Positions 1-10,487 are shown, counted from the stretch's first letter. The stretch: DNA of 32,000 nucleotides from Mycolicibacterium smegmatis (GCF_001457595.1 NZ_LN831039.1:2880001-2912000); one strand, 5' to 3'. Numbers and translations are program-made. The notes: generated from the letters alone by a model not told the origin.

Positions 1-12
1 AAAGGCAGTCAG

Positions 13-558
13 ATGGCCATCCTCGACATCCCCGTCGACATTCCCGTCGCAGCGAACGTGGCCACGCGCCGCACGGGCGGTGCCGGCGCACGCGCCGCGG
101 CTGCGCGGACCCCGGATCGAGGTTCTGTCCGGACCGTGCCTGCGTCTCGGCGTGTGCGGCCGCGCGGGGAGCGTCCGGTGCGCCGTCCGCAGCCCGGCCG
201 TCCCGGCGGTGCGGCCCTGCGTCACCGCGGCACCGGTGTCCTGATGTCCCGCGCGTCGCATCGTCGCCCGATCACCCCGGCCACCACGGTGGTGCTGGCC
301 CTGGTCGCCGCCGGTATCACGGTGTGGCTCGGTCTCGTCGCGCAGTTCGGCGGGGTGCTGGGCTCGTCGGCGCCGGTCTCGGTGCCCAGTGAGCTGGCCG
401 TCGTGCAGGTGCAGTCGGGGGAGACGTTGCAGCAGGTGGCCCGCCGCGTCGCGCCTGACGCCCCGGTCGCCGCGGTGGTCCAGCAGATCCGTGACCTCAA
501 CCAGTTGGAGTCCGCCGCGCTCGACGCCGGGCAGACGCTGATCGCCCCCGTCGGCTGA
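13..558 (+). CDS. chiZ: LysM-domain membrane protein, ChiZ-like (Rv2719c-like cell division/cell wall protein); start codon uncertain
   Basis: ORF with TM segment ([23 protein letters not shown]) followed by LysM-like [49 protein letters not shown]; located just before nrdR as in mycobacteria. Internal ATG at 244 is an alternative start, but similarity recalled for the Mtb protein extends upstream of it. Confidence 0.75.
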
Positions 559-719
559 GGCTCGAAATGGGCGGTGAATCGGCCTGGCAGGCAATACCGC
601 TCGCCGGCGAGATGCGCCGATATGCGCCACTGCAGACGGCGGTGAGTCAGCCGCGACCGACACAGGTACGCTCAAGAGCGCTCGAACTGTTGGTCTGGCG
701 GCGTGACGAAGGAGCGGTG

Positions 720-1172
720 ATGCATTGTCCGTTCTGCCGTCATCCTGATTCCAGGGTGGTCGACTCCCGCGAAACCGATGAGGGGCAGGCCATCCGGCGA
801 CGACGCTCGTGCCCCGAGTGCGGCAGGCGTTTCACCACGGTCGAGACCGCGGTGCTCGCGGTGGTCAAGCGTAGCGGCGTGAGTGAACCGTTCAGCCGCG
901 AGAAGGTCATCCGCGGAGTCCGGCGCGCATGTCAGGGCCGCGACGTCGACGACGACGCGCTCAACGTCCTGGCGCAGAAGGTCGAGGACGCCGTGCGTGG
1001 CCTCGGCACCCCCGAGATACCCAGCCATGAGGTCGGTCTGGCCATCCTGGGACCGTTGCGTGAACTCGACGAGGTCGCCTACCTGCGCTTCGCGTCCGTG
1101 TACCGGTCGTTCTCGTCCGCCGAGGATTTCGAGCGGGAGATCGAGGCGCTCCGCGCCCACCGCGGTGCGTAG
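720..1172 (+). CDS. nrdR: Transcriptional repressor NrdR (150 aa)
   Basis: [42 protein letters not shown] zinc ribbon plus ATP-cone region; ATG at 720 is in frame with ORF 567..1172. Confidence 0.96.
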
Positions 1173-1190
1173 AGGTGTGCCCAGAGCCGC

Positions 1191-1880
1191 CTAGAGTTCG
1201 AGCTGCCTGGTCCCGTCGTTGACCACCCGGCCCGCCACCTGAACCCAGCCCTCCGGGCTCCACCTGGTGCGAATCACCGAGCCCTTGCCCTGCACGATCG
1301 TCAGATCCCGGCTCAGATAGTCGGTGATCCGGACCGCGGCCGCGCCGGTCGCCTCATCCTCCCGGATGCCCAGGTTCGTCGCGAACATGCGGGATCGCAG
1401 GACGCCCTCGTTCTTGTCGCTCCACGTCCACAGATAGTGCTGGACGTCGTCGTCGTAGTCGTCCGGGTCGGCGGACATCAGTTCCTCGGCGGAGGGCAGG
1501 TCGTAGATCGCGAACTCCGGCGCCCATTCCGAACGTGCGCTGATCGCGGCGAGGTCGCCGTCGTAGGTCACCTGCACGATGCCCGCGGGAACCTGCAGCG
1601 TCTTGATGGGCCTGCCGATGTCCCGGAGGTACCACGCCGCGCCGACAGTGGGATGCCCGGCGAAGGGCAACTCCGAGGCCGGCGTGAAGATGCGTGCGTG
1701 GGCGGTGTGGCTGTCGGGTCCTGGGAGATCGATGAATATCGTTTCGCTGTAACCCAATTCCTTGGCGATGCGCTGCCGGTCTGCGGGATCCACAGTGCTG
1801 TTGTCGACCACGCCGAGCGGATTGCCGAACTTGCCGTCGGAGTCGGTGAAAACTCGCAACACGGTCACGTCGATGGCCAT
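1191..1880 (-). CDS. PhzF family phenazine biosynthesis-like protein/isomerase
   Basis: [28 protein letters not shown]..., [21 protein letters not shown] (PhzF-family core motif). Confidence 0.9.
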   Translation of the reverse strand: MAIDVTVLRVFTDSDGKFGNPLGVVDNSTVDPADRQRIAKELGYSETIFIDLPGPDSHTAHARIFTPASELPFAGHPTVGAAWYLRDIGRPIKTLQVPAGIVQVTYDGDLAAISARSEWAPEFAIYDLPSAEELMSADPDDYDDDVQHYLWTWSDKNEGVLRSRMFATNLGIREDEATGAAAVRITDYLSRDLTIVQGKGSVIRTRWSPEGWVQVAGRVVNDGTRQLEL

Positions 1881-1915
1881 GACACGATGCTACGTGCCTG
1901 AAACGGCCCGTACGG

Positions 1916-2938
1916 TCAGGTTGCGCTGCGCTCGTCGACGCCCATCGCCTCGATGACGGCGACCTGCGTGTCGAGGGACCCGCTCATCGTCGAGCGGTTG
2001 GCGCCCGTGCGCAGCAGATCGCGCAGTAGATCCTGGTCGTACACTGCGGGTTCGGTGGAATCGATGAACTGCTCGACGACCTCGACGAAACGGTCCGGGT
2101 CGTCGTGGAACGGAAAATGCCCGGACCCCTCGAAGATCTCCAACCGGGAACCGGGCATCGCGGCGTGGGCCATCTCGGCATGGCTGACCGGGATCACCGA
2201 ATCGCAGTCGCCCCAGATGAGCTGCACCGGAACGGATTCGGTCAGATAACAGCGGTCGAGCATGGTCACGACCTGGCCGCGCCAGTCCACCACGGCCCGC
2301 AGTGTGCGGGCGAACGCCGACGACGCGGTCGGTTCCGGCAGGTCGGCGAGGATACGGAGCATGTCGGGGATGTCGCGGCCAACGCCGGTCGACCCGAACA
2401 CGGTGCCCGCCACCTTGCCCGCGATCTGCAGGGACGGCAGCACCAGCGGAAGGCGCAGCAGGGCGAGCGCCTCGCTGCCCATCGGCAGCGACGCGATGCG
2501 CAGCGCCACGTTGACGTCCTTGGTGACGCCGCCCGCGCCGACGAGGATCAACCGGTCGACGAACTGGGGGAACTGGTAGGCGAACTGCATGGCGACGCCG
2601 CCGCCGAGGGAGTGCCCGACGACCGTGACCCGGTCGATGTCGAGCACGCTGAGCAGATCCCGCATGCCGTTGGCGTACGCGGCCACGGAGTAGTCGGCGC
2701 GCGGCTTGTCGGACCGCCCGTGCCCGAGCAGATCCGGCGCGATGACCGTGAAGCGCTGCGCCAGGGTGGACTGCACGGTGTGCCACGTCGTCGAGTTGTC
2801 GCCGATCCCGTGGATCAACAGGATCGCCGGGCCGGACCCGGCGATGCGGAACGCCCGCCGGTAGCCGTGGATCGTGCGGAACTCCAGCCTGGGGCTGACC
2901 TCACGTACCGTGCGCAGGTTGGGCTTTCGCTCGGTCAT
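1916..2938 (-). CDS. Alpha/beta fold hydrolase (Rv2715-like)
   Basis: LLIHGIGDNSTTW, VTVVGHSLGGGVAMQFAYQFP nucleophile elbow, C-terminal GSGHFPFHDDP His region. ATG at 2938 (MTERKPNLRTV) preferred over upstream TTG at 2947. Confidence 0.93.
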   Translation of the reverse strand: MTERKPNLRTVREVSPRLEFRTIHGYRRAFRIAGSGPAILLIHGIGDNSTTWHTVQSTLAQRFTVIAPDLLGHGRSDKPRADYSVAAYANGMRDLLSVLDIDRVTVVGHSLGGGVAMQFAYQFPQFVDRLILVGAGGVTKDVNVALRIASLPMGSEALALLRLPLVLPSLQIAGKVAGTVFGSTGVGRDIPDMLRILADLPEPTASSAFARTLRAVVDWRGQVVTMLDRCYLTESVPVQLIWGDCDSVIPVSHAEMAHAAMPGSRLEIFEGSGHFPFHDDPDRFVEVVEQFIDSTEPAVYDQDLLRDLLRTGANRSTMSGSLDTQVAVIEAMGVDERSAT

Positions 2939-2987
2939 GTCCGTCAACCTCGCCCTCAGCCCTGATCGGGCACGTCGTCAGTGGTTG

Positions 2988-4001
2988 TCACCGTTCCCCG
3001 AATCCGTCCCCGAACCCCTCCCCGTGGCCGTCCTTGTACTTGTCGTCCTTGAACTTCTCGCCGGCCTGCTGCGCGAGGAACCGCTCGAACTCGGCGCCCA
3101 GTTCGTCGCCGCTGGGCAAATCCTCGTCGCGAGCGAGCAGGGATCGGTTCTCCTGCGCCGCAATGAATGCATCGTACTGGCGCTCGAGCGCACTCACCAC
3201 TTGGGCGACCTCGGGGCTGGCCTCGACCTGCTCGTTGATCTTGGTGTACACCTCGGCTCCGGCCTCGGACAGTGCGGCGAGCGGCAATTCCAGCGAACCG
3301 GTCCTGGCCACCTCGGCCAGCAGCGCCTCCGCCGCGGGCGGGTACGCCGTCTGTGCCAGGTAGTGCGGCACGTGCACGGTGAATCCGACCACCTCGTGGC
3401 CGTGCTGGGCCATGCGGAACTCCAGCAGGTTGGACACGCTGGCAGGCACCTGCACCTCGCCCACCCACGGCGTGTGTTCGGCGATGAGTTCCTTGTTGTT
3501 CGAGTGCGCCGTCAGGTTGACGGGCCGCGTGTGCGGGACGGCCATCGGGATGGTGCCAAGGCCGATCACCTGGCGCACGCCGAGCTGTTCGGCCAGCAGA
3601 CGCACCGCGGTGATGAAACGCTCCCAGCGCAGGTCCGGTTCGAGGCCGGCCAGCAGCAGGAACGGTGTGCCGACGGTGTCGTGCAGTGCGTACAGGTTCA
3701 GTTCGGGCTCTTCGTACGCGGTGAAGTGGTCGGTCTTGAACGTCATGAGGGGGCGACGCGACCGGTAGTCGAGCAGTTCGTCGATCGCGAACGACGCCAC
3801 GAGCTCGGTGTCGAGCGACTTCTTGAGGTGCTCGGCGGCAAGCCGTATCGCGTGGCCCGCGTCGGAGAACCCCTCCAACGCGTGGATCAGGACCGGCCCG
3901 CGGCCGTCCGACGATGACAACTGTGGCGCGGGAAACTCAAGCTCGTACATCCCGCTCTGGTCGGGTTGATAGCGCTGTTGTGGGTTTTCGTTGTCTGCCA
4001 T
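2988..4001 (-). CDS. PAC2 (proteasome assembly chaperone-like) family protein, Rv2714-like
   Basis: MADNENPQQRYQPDQSGMYELEFPAPQL...PVLIHALEGFSDAGHAIRLAAEHL; start preceded by gacgaggagacg (SD-like). Confidence 0.9.
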   Translation of the reverse strand: MADNENPQQRYQPDQSGMYELEFPAPQLSSSDGRGPVLIHALEGFSDAGHAIRLAAEHLKKSLDTELVASFAIDELLDYRSRRPLMTFKTDHFTAYEEPELNLYALHDTVGTPFLLLAGLEPDLRWERFITAVRLLAEQLGVRQVIGLGTIPMAVPHTRPVNLTAHSNNKELIAEHTPWVGEVQVPASVSNLLEFRMAQHGHEVVGFTVHVPHYLAQTAYPPAAEALLAEVARTGSLELPLAALSEAGAEVYTKINEQVEASPEVAQVVSALERQYDAFIAAQENRSLLARDEDLPSGDELGAEFERFLAQQAGEKFKDDKYKDGHGEGFGDGFGER

Positions 4002-4181
4002 CCGTCTCGTCTCCTCGTCACGGCAGCCCGGCCCCGGGCCTTGCTGGAACCACGTACCGTGCCACCTAGTGTCGCGCATTCCGGTCCGGCAGGCGCGCGC
4101 CGCCCCGCATCTTCCTTCGAACAGATGCGCCCGGTCCCGCATTCCGTCCGCGCCCATGCTGGTCAGGCAATATCGATTGGT

Positions 4182-5036
4182 ATGAGAACGCGTCGACCTG
4201 CGGTGTCGCACCGGGCCCGGCTCACCGGGCCGGCCGGTGCGGTGGTGATGGTGCTCACCATGGCGGCATGCGCAGGCGGGGCGTCCGACCGCACTGCCAC
4301 CTCCACCGGGGTACCCGACCCCGGCCCGATCTCACCCGGTGTGGCAAAGGCGGAATCTTTTCCTGCATCTGTGCACCCCGCCGTCCCGGATCCGCGGATC
4401 GGTGCCTTGTTCCTGGGCGGGGGACCGGTGCACACCTGCACCGGCACCGTTCTCGACAGCCGGACGCAGGACCTGGTCCTGACAGCCGCGCACTGCCTGG
4501 CCGACGGTGTCGACACGACGTTCGTGCCCGGATTCGACCCGGCGGCCGCGGATACCGACCCGTGGCACGTCACCGCCGTCTACCTCGACCCGCGCTGGCT
4601 CGCCGATCAGGACGAGCAGGCGGACTTCGCGATCGTGCGTGTCACCCGCCACGACGGCACGACCATCGAGCAGCAGGTCGGTGGTGGGCTGGCGCTCGCG
4701 TCGGCTCCCGCTGCGGGGACCGCGGTGGCCGTGACGGGATACCTGGTGGGTGAGGGCGGCGCATTGACCTGCCGCGGTGTCACGACGATGGCCGACGACG
4801 GGTTTCCTTCGCTCGAATGTGCCGGTGTGGCAGACGGTTTCAGCGGAGCGCCCTGGGTGACGGGATCCGCGGTGGCCGGGCTCGTCGGGGGACTCGACGG
4901 CGGCGGGTGCGACGAGGACACGTCGTACTCGCCACGGTTCGACGGGGGTGTGGAGCGGCTGCTGGCGCGTGCGGAGGCGGGGGATGCCTCCGATGCCGGG
5001 GACGCCGCGCCCGCGGCCGACGCACCCGCCTGTTGA
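4182..5036 (+). CDS. Secreted/lipoprotein-like trypsin-family serine protease
   Basis: N-terminal hydrophobic segment with possible lipobox-like TMAAC; VLTAAHCLAD (His), DQADFAIV (Asp), GVADGFSGAPWV (Ser) arranged as in S1 peptidases. ATG 4182 in frame with ORF 3966..5036. Confidence 0.8.
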   Translation: MRTRRPAVSHRARLTGPAGAVVMVLTMAACAGGASDRTATSTGVPDPGPISPGVAKAESFPASVHPAVPDPRIGALFLGGGPVHTCTGTVLDSRTQDLVLTAAHCLADGVDTTFVPGFDPAAADTDPWHVTAVYLDPRWLADQDEQADFAIVRVTRHDGTTIEQQVGGGLALASAPAAGTAVAVTGYLVGEGGALTCRGVTTMADDGFPSLECAGVADGFSGAPWVTGSAVAGLVGGLDGGGCDEDTSYSPRFDGGVERLLARAEAGDASDAGDAAPAADAPAC

Positions 5037-5040
5037 GGTT

Positions 5041-6447
5041 CTACGTCCGGAACCGGCTGAGCGCGCGCAGCTTGTTCATCACGTCCAGCGCGGCGACCTT
5101 GTAGGCCTCGGAGAACGTCGGATAGTTGAACACCGCGTCGACGAGATATTCGATGGTGCCGCCGCAGCCCATCACGGCCTGGCCGATGTGCACCATCTCG
5201 GTCGCGCTGGTGCCGAAGATGTGCACGCCGAGCAGGCGCAGGTCCTCGGTCGAGACGAGCAGTTTGAGCATGCCGTACGAGTCGCCTGCGATCTGACCGC
5301 GCGCGAGTTCGCGGTAGCGCGACACCCCGACCTCGTACGGGATGGCGTTCTTGGTCAGGTCCACCTCGGTGGCACCGACGTAGGACACCTCGGGGATCGA
5401 GTAGATGCCGATGGGCTGCAGATCGGTCATGCCCTTGGCCGGTTCGCCGAACGCGTGATAGGCGGCCAGCCTGCCCTGGTCCATCGACGTGGCGGCCAGG
5501 GCCGGGAACCCGATGACGTCGCCGACGGCGTAGATGTGGTCGACCTTGGTCTGGAAGTTGCTGTCGACCGTGATGCGCCCGCGTCCATCGACCCCGAGTC
5601 CCGCGTTGGCCAGATCGAGGTGCTCGGTCTGGCCCTGCCGCCCCGCGGAGTACATGACCGTGTCGGCGGGGATCTGCTTGCCGCTGGCGAGCGTGGTCAC
5701 GGTGCCTGCGGAGCCCACGTCGACGGCGGTGACCTCCTCGCCGAAGCGGAACGTGACCGCCAGGTCGCGCAGGTGGAACTTGAGCGCCTCCACGATCTCC
5801 GGATCGCAGAATTCGAGCATGTTGTCGCGCTTCTCGACGACGGTGACCTTGGTGCCGAGCGCGGCGAACATCGACGCGTACTCGATGCCGATCACCCCGG
5901 CGCCGACGACCACCATCGATGCGGGCAGGGACACCAGGTCGAGGATGCCGTCGGAGTCGAGCACCCGTCGCTCGTCGAACTCGACGCCCGCAGGCCGTGC
6001 GGGTTTGGTGCCGGTGGCGATGACGATGTACTCGCCTCTGACCATCGTGCGTTCACCGTGCGAGGGTTCCTCGACGAGCACGGTGTGCGGGTCGACGAAG
6101 CGCCCGTGCCCGCTGATGATGTCGACCCGGTTGCGCATCAACTGGCTGCGGACGACGTCCTGCTCCCGGCTGATCACATGCTGTGTGCGGGCCATGAGGT
6201 CCGCCGGGGTGATCTTCTCTTTGACGCGGTAGCTGGCCCCGTACAGTTCGCGCTGGTTCATCCCGGTGAGGTAGACGACGGCCTCACGCAGCGTCTTCGA
6301 CGGGATCGTGCCGGTGTTGACGCACACCCCGCCCAGCATCTGGCCGCGCTCCACGACCGCCACACTCTTCCCGAGTTTGGCGGCTGCGATCGCCGCTTTC
6401 TGCCCGCCCGGTCCTGACCCGATGACGACCAGGTCGTACTCCAGCAT
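5041..6447 (-). CDS. sthA: Si-specific NAD(P)+ transhydrogenase (soluble pyridine nucleotide transhydrogenase), 468 aa
   Basis: [57 protein letters not shown]; second FAD/NAD domain [15 protein letters not shown]. Starts at 6447 (or 6456). Confidence 0.95.
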   Translation of the reverse strand: MLEYDLVVIGSGPGGQKAAIAAAKLGKSVAVVERGQMLGGVCVNTGTIPSKTLREAVVYLTGMNQRELYGASYRVKEKITPADLMARTQHVISREQDVVRSQLMRNRVDIISGHGRFVDPHTVLVEEPSHGERTMVRGEYIVIATGTKPARPAGVEFDERRVLDSDGILDLVSLPASMVVVGAGVIGIEYASMFAALGTKVTVVEKRDNMLEFCDPEIVEALKFHLRDLAVTFRFGEEVTAVDVGSAGTVTTLASGKQIPADTVMYSAGRQGQTEHLDLANAGLGVDGRGRITVDSNFQTKVDHIYAVGDVIGFPALAATSMDQGRLAAYHAFGEPAKGMTDLQPIGIYSIPEVSYVGATEVDLTKNAIPYEVGVSRYRELARGQIAGDSYGMLKLLVSTEDLRLLGVHIFGTSATEMVHIGQAVMGCGGTIEYLVDAVFNYPTFSEAYKVAALDVMNKLRALSRFRT

Positions 6448-6622
6448 CGAACCCATGGTCAGTGTGTACGCCGCTGTCGGCGCGCGTGCACGCCGGAGAC
6501 GCGCAATGGCGCGTGAACAGTTTGTTTCGGAAGTTGTCCCCAGAGCCGATTTCGTCCACAGCCACTCGTCGCAGCCGGTTTTCGGGGTGAACGGCGTCGG
6601 CGCCGGTTGCCACGGTCGGCAC

Positions 6623-7684
6623 ATGACACCTTCACCGCACACACCGGATTTTCGTATCAACCGGCCCGGATCGTTGATCGCGGCGCTGCCCGCCGTGCTC
6701 GGGTTCGTGCCCGAGAAGTCCCTGGTGCTGGCCACCATCGAGAGTGGCGAGCTGGGATGTGTTCTGCGCACCGATCTCTCACTCGCCATGCGCGAGGGGA
6801 CGGCTCACCTGGCCGAGGTGGCCGCCGCAGGCGAACCGCACGCCGTGATCGCGGTCATCGTCGACGCCGACGGCGCGGACTGTGTGCACTGCCACGAGAA
6901 CCACGCCACCCTGGCCGAGGATGTCGCGATCGAGCTGAGCGCACGCGGTATCGAACTGTTGGCGGTTCACGTCGTCGACCGCATCGACGCGGGCGGGCGC
7001 TGGCACTGCGCCGACGGCTGCGGACGCAACGGGGTTGTCGAGGATCCCTACGCCTCACCGCTGGCCCTCGCTGCCGTCCTCGACGGTCGTCGGCTCTACA
7101 AGCGCAGGGCCGACCTGCAGGCCGTCGTCGCCGCCGACCCGGTACGTGCGGAGAAGATCGCCGAGGCCATCAGCGCGGTCGCGCCGCGTTCAGGACGCCG
7201 CAGGCTCTCGGCGGTCCGGGCGGACATCAACGCCGCGATCACCGCGGCCGCACGTCTGGCCGACGGGCGCACCCTGACCGTGCGCCAGCAGGCCCGGATC
7301 GCCCTGGCGTTGACCGACACACGGGTCCGCGACACGCTCTACGCGCTGGCCATCGGGGAGACCGCCGGACAGGCCGAGTCGCTGTGGGCCGAGCTGTCCC
7401 GGTCGCTGCCCGCCCCGTGGCGCGTGGAAGCGCTTGTGCAGCTCGCGTTTTCGGCCTATGTGCGTGGCGACGGACCATTGGCGGGCATCGCGTTGGACGC
7501 CGCGTTGCGGTGCATTCCCACGCACCGCATGGCGAGCATGCTCGACACCGCGTTGCAGTCCGGGATGCCGCCCGATCAGGTGCGTGAACTCGCGCTCACG
7601 GGGTACCGGCAGGCCGAGCGTCTCGGCGTGCAGTTACCGCCGCGCAGAACATTCGGCGACGGTCTGCGGTCGGCGGGTGCCTGA
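6623..7684 (+). CDS. DUF4192 domain-containing protein (Rv2712c-like)
   Basis: [52 protein letters not shown]; conserved position between sthA and ideR. Confidence 0.88.
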   Translation: MTPSPHTPDFRINRPGSLIAALPAVLGFVPEKSLVLATIESGELGCVLRTDLSLAMREGTAHLAEVAAAGEPHAVIAVIVDADGADCVHCHENHATLAEDVAIELSARGIELLAVHVVDRIDAGGRWHCADGCGRNGVVEDPYASPLALAAVLDGRRLYKRRADLQAVVAADPVRAEKIAEAISAVAPRSGRRRLSAVRADINAAITAAARLADGRTLTVRQQARIALALTDTRVRDTLYALAIGETAGQAESLWAELSRSLPAPWRVEALVQLAFSAYVRGDGPLAGIALDAALRCIPTHRMASMLDTALQSGMPPDQVRELALTGYRQAERLGVQLPPRRTFGDGLRSAGA

Positions 7685-7689
7685 GGCGG

Positions 7690-7712
7690 CCGCCGCAAGG
7701 CCTCCGCGGCGG
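7690..7712. terminator. Short GC hairpin between convergent DUF4192 gene and ideR
   Basis: ccgccgc-(aaggcctcc)-gcggcgg, 7-bp perfect stem, 9-nt loop, between stops at 7684 and 7714. Confidence 0.35.
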
Positions 7713-7713
7713 A

Positions 7714-8406
7714 TCAGACCTTCTCGACCTTGACGGCGTGGGCCATGTGGTGCGGCAGCTCGACCTGCTCGTGGCCGGGGATCACGATCATCACGCCGCC
7801 GTTGTTGTTGGCCTCGACCGTCACCCTCGCGTTGGGGACCACGCCGGCCTCCTTGAGCCGCCCGATGAGGTCCGTATCGCCCTGCACGTGTTCGGTCAGC
7901 TGGCGGACCACCACGGCCACCGGCATGCCGACCGGAAGCTCGGTGAGGCGGACCAGGCTCACGTCCTCGGTGTTGACGCCCGGCGTGACGCCCAGCTCGG
8001 TCAGCCCGGGGATGGGGTTGCCGAACGGGGAGGTGGTGGGGTTGTCGAGCACCTGGACCAGCCGGCGCTCGACCTCCTCGCTCATGACGTGCTCCCAGCG
8101 GCACGCCTCGGCGTGGACGTCCTCCCACGGCAGGCCGATCACGTCGACCAGAAGCCGCTCGGCGAGCCGGTGCTTACGCATCACGGCCACCGCGAGAGCG
8201 CGGCCCTTGTCGGTCAGTTCGAGGTGCCGGTCACCCGCGACGTGCAACAGACCGTCGCGCTCCATGCGCGAGACCGTCTGGCTCACGGTGGGGCCACTCT
8301 GGTCGAGTCGCTCGGCGATGCGCGCCCGCAGCGGCACGACGCCCTCTTCCTCGAGGTCGTAAATCGTCCGCAGGTACATCTCGGTGGTATCGACAAGATC
8401 GTTCAT
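7714..8406 (-). CDS. ideR: Iron-dependent transcriptional repressor IdeR (DtxR family), 230 aa
   Basis: MNDLVDTTEMYLRTIYDLEEEGVVPLRARIAERLDQSGPTVSQTVSRMERDGLLHVAGDRHLELT; metal-binding region WEDVHAEACRWEHVMSEEVERRL. Confidence 0.98.
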   Translation of the reverse strand: MNDLVDTTEMYLRTIYDLEEEGVVPLRARIAERLDQSGPTVSQTVSRMERDGLLHVAGDRHLELTDKGRALAVAVMRKHRLAERLLVDVIGLPWEDVHAEACRWEHVMSEEVERRLVQVLDNPTTSPFGNPIPGLTELGVTPGVNTEDVSLVRLTELPVGMPVAVVVRQLTEHVQGDTDLIGRLKEAGVVPNARVTVEANNNGGVMIVIPGHEQVELPHHMAHAVKVEKV

Positions 8407-8559
8407 GCGCGCCTTCCCAGCCCAAACTCAACGAACAGTCTACCGTTTTTGCGGCCTGAACTGCGGCGCATCCGCGCCGCGCGGGTCACAGGCCCCACCT
8501 GGCCGTTTGCCCTGCACGCTGCCATCGCCGCGCGTGCTGCGACGCCGGTGCGAACACGA

Positions 8560-8588
8560 ATGTGCCCGCCGCGTCGCGGCGGGCACAT
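8560..8588. terminator. Perfect GC-rich inverted repeat downstream of sigB, probable terminator
   Basis: atgtgcccgccgcg-t-cgcggcgggcacat, 14-nt arms, no T-tract; 46 nt past the sigB stop, between sigB and ideR. Confidence 0.6.
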
Positions 8589-8634
8589 CCTGATGTCGCT
8601 TTCGTTGTCGCATCGAGCCGGCGGCTCGACCGCA

Positions 8635-9594
8635 TCAGCTCGCGTAGGAGCGGAGGCGGTCGGCACGCTCGCCGTTGCGGAGCTTCGCCATGACCTCGCG
8701 CTCGATCTGGCGGACCCGCTCACGCGAGAGGCCGAACAGCTTGCCGATCTGGTCGAGGGTGCGGGGCTGACCGTCGTCGAGCCCGAACCGCAGGCGGATG
8801 ACCTGCTGCTCGCGCTCGTCGAGCGTGGCGAGCACGTAACGGATGTCGGTGTGCAGAAGCTCCGAGATGACGGCGTTCTCGGCGGACATGGCCTCGGAAT
8901 CCTCGATGAAGTCGCCCAGCGGCGCTTCCTCGTCGGTTCCGACCGGCATGTCGAGGCTCACCGGGTCGCGGCTGTGCTCAAGCAGGTCGTTGATCTTCTC
9001 GACCGGGATACCCGACTCTTCGGCGAGTTCCTCGTCGGTGGCCTCGCGCCCGAGGTTCTGGTGCATCTCACGCTTGATGCGGGCGAGCTTGTTGACCTGC
9101 TCGACGAGGTGGACGGGCAGCCGGATGGTGCGGCTCTGGTCGGCCATGCCGCGGGTGATGGCCTGCCGGATCCACCACGTGGCGTACGTGGAGAACTTGA
9201 AGCCCTTGGTGTAGTCGAACTTCTCCATCGCCCGGATCAGACCCAGGTTCCCCTCCTGGATCAGGTCGAGCAACGGCATCCCGCGACCGGTGTAGCGCTT
9301 GGCCAGCGAGACCACGAGGCGCAGGTTGGCCTCGAGCAGGTGTCGCCGTGCCGCCTCGCCGTCGCGGACCACCGCTTGGAGATCACGCTTGCGCGCCTCG
9401 CCCAGTCGCTTCTTGGTGTCCAGCAGATGCTGCGCGTACAACCCGGCCTCGATGCGCTTGGCGAGTTCTACTTCGTCTGCGGCATTGAGCAATGCGGTCT
9501 TGCCGATGCCGTTCAGATATACGCGCACGAGGTCTGCTGCCGGGCTTTGGGCATCCAGATCGGTGTCAACGCGGCTTGTGGTGGCATTTGCCAT
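8635..9594 (-). CDS. sigB: RNA polymerase principal-like sigma factor SigB, 319 aa
   Basis: [51 protein letters not shown]...; region 2 [37 protein letters not shown]; region 4 [15 protein letters not shown]. Confidence 0.97.
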   Translation of the reverse strand: MANATTSRVDTDLDAQSPAADLVRVYLNGIGKTALLNAADEVELAKRIEAGLYAQHLLDTKKRLGEARKRDLQAVVRDGEAARRHLLEANLRLVVSLAKRYTGRGMPLLDLIQEGNLGLIRAMEKFDYTKGFKFSTYATWWIRQAITRGMADQSRTIRLPVHLVEQVNKLARIKREMHQNLGREATDEELAEESGIPVEKINDLLEHSRDPVSLDMPVGTDEEAPLGDFIEDSEAMSAENAVISELLHTDIRYVLATLDEREQQVIRLRFGLDDGQPRTLDQIGKLFGLSRERVRQIEREVMAKLRNGERADRLRSYAS

Positions 9595-9631
9595 GACGGC
9601 CTCCTGATCGGCTCGAACTGTCATGACTTAC

Positions 9632-9658
9632 AACGTGTCATGCCCCCGAAGAGTTCCC
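9632..9658 (-). promoter_or_regulatory. Putative SigE/SigH-type (ECF) promoter of sigB
   Basis: Minus strand: GGGAAC (9658-9653) - 17 nt - CGTT (9635-9632), matching the mycobacterial ECF consensus GGGAAY-N16-17-CGTT, about 38 nt upstream of the sigB ATG. Confidence 0.65.
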
Positions 9659-9741
9659 ACCTGCCGTCGTTTTCATACGTGTTGACCTGCACTTTTTTGA
9701 CGCCGACCTGAGATTCTCCTGAGAATAGCGACAGAAGCCTC

Positions 9742-10170
9742 TCAGCTGGCCGGATGACCCCGAAAATCTGCTGTCCCCGGTTGCGGTGGCGCTTCCGGTT
9801 CGCGGTTGAGATCGGACATCAGCGCGGGCCGCTCCGCCGTCGGGAACAACGGGATCTTCTCGCCGCGGCCGGCGTACCGGCGCGGCTCCTCGCGTTTGCG
9901 AGGCGGACGGTCGTTGGCGATGAGCACGGCCATCCACGGAAGCGGGATCGAGACCGCGATGATCGCCAGAGAGATGAGCCCGTTCTCCCAGATGTTGTAG
10001 GCGACCGCAGCCAGGATCAGAGCCGGGATGCGGAATGCCATCAGCGTCAGGTACTTACGGACACGTTGGCGGTGCTGCACCTCGTATGCGGGGGCAGCGC
10101 GGGTGATGAGGACCGGGCGGGCTTCGGCATCGAAATCGTCGTCGAAACTCAGCTCGTGGCTTTGTTTCAT
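9742..10170 (-). CDS. DUF3099 domain-containing membrane protein (Rv2709-like)
   Basis: MKQSHELSFDDDFDAEARPVLITRAAPAYEVQHRQRVRKYLTLMAFRIPALILAAVAYN with TM segments; directly upstream of sigB. Confidence 0.88.
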   Translation of the reverse strand: MKQSHELSFDDDFDAEARPVLITRAAPAYEVQHRQRVRKYLTLMAFRIPALILAAVAYNIWENGLISLAIIAVSIPLPWMAVLIANDRPPRKREEPRRYAGRGEKIPLFPTAERPALMSDLNREPEAPPQPGTADFRGHPAS

Positions 10171-10241
10171 ACCCCTACTGTTTCACACCTGGACGCCGCG
10201 TAAACAGCTGGATTTCCTCGTCCGGCCCGGCCAGGCACAAT

Positions 10242-10484
10242 ATGTGTATGCAGACCCAGACGATTGAGCGCACCGACACCGACGAACGCGTCGACGACGG
10301 GACCGACAGCGACTCTCCCAAGTTCTTCCACTACGTGAAGAAGGACAAGATCGCCGAGAGTGCGGTCATGGGCACGCATGTGGTCGCGCTGTGCGGCGAG
10401 GTGTTCCCCGTGACCAAGTCGCCCAAGCCGGGCTCCCCGGTGTGCCCCGACTGCAAGCGCATCTACGAGTCGCTCAAGAAGTAG
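10242..10484 (+). CDS. DUF3039 domain-containing small protein (Rv2708c-like), Cys-containing
   Basis: KFFHYVKKDKIAESAVMGTHVVALCGEVFPVTKSPKPGSPVCPDCKRIYESL; start at 10242 or second ATG 10248. Confidence 0.9.
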   Translation: MCMQTQTIERTDTDERVDDGTDSDSPKFFHYVKKDKIAESAVMGTHVVALCGEVFPVTKSPKPGSPVCPDCKRIYESLKK

Positions 10485-10487
10485 TAG

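Noticed and set aside
677-695. ctcgaactgttggtc before nrdR as a LexA (SOS) box
   Set aside because: Only the left half TCGAAC matches; the required GTTCGA half-site is absent.
4948-6417. 489-aa plus-strand ORF opposite sthA
   Set aside because: Antisense shadow of sthA with no recognisable domain.
7738-9711. 657-aa plus-strand ORF opposite ideR and sigB
   Set aside because: Covers two strongly supported genes on the other strand; composition (His/Arg/Val/Leu rich without domain motifs) is typical of high-GC shadow ORFs.
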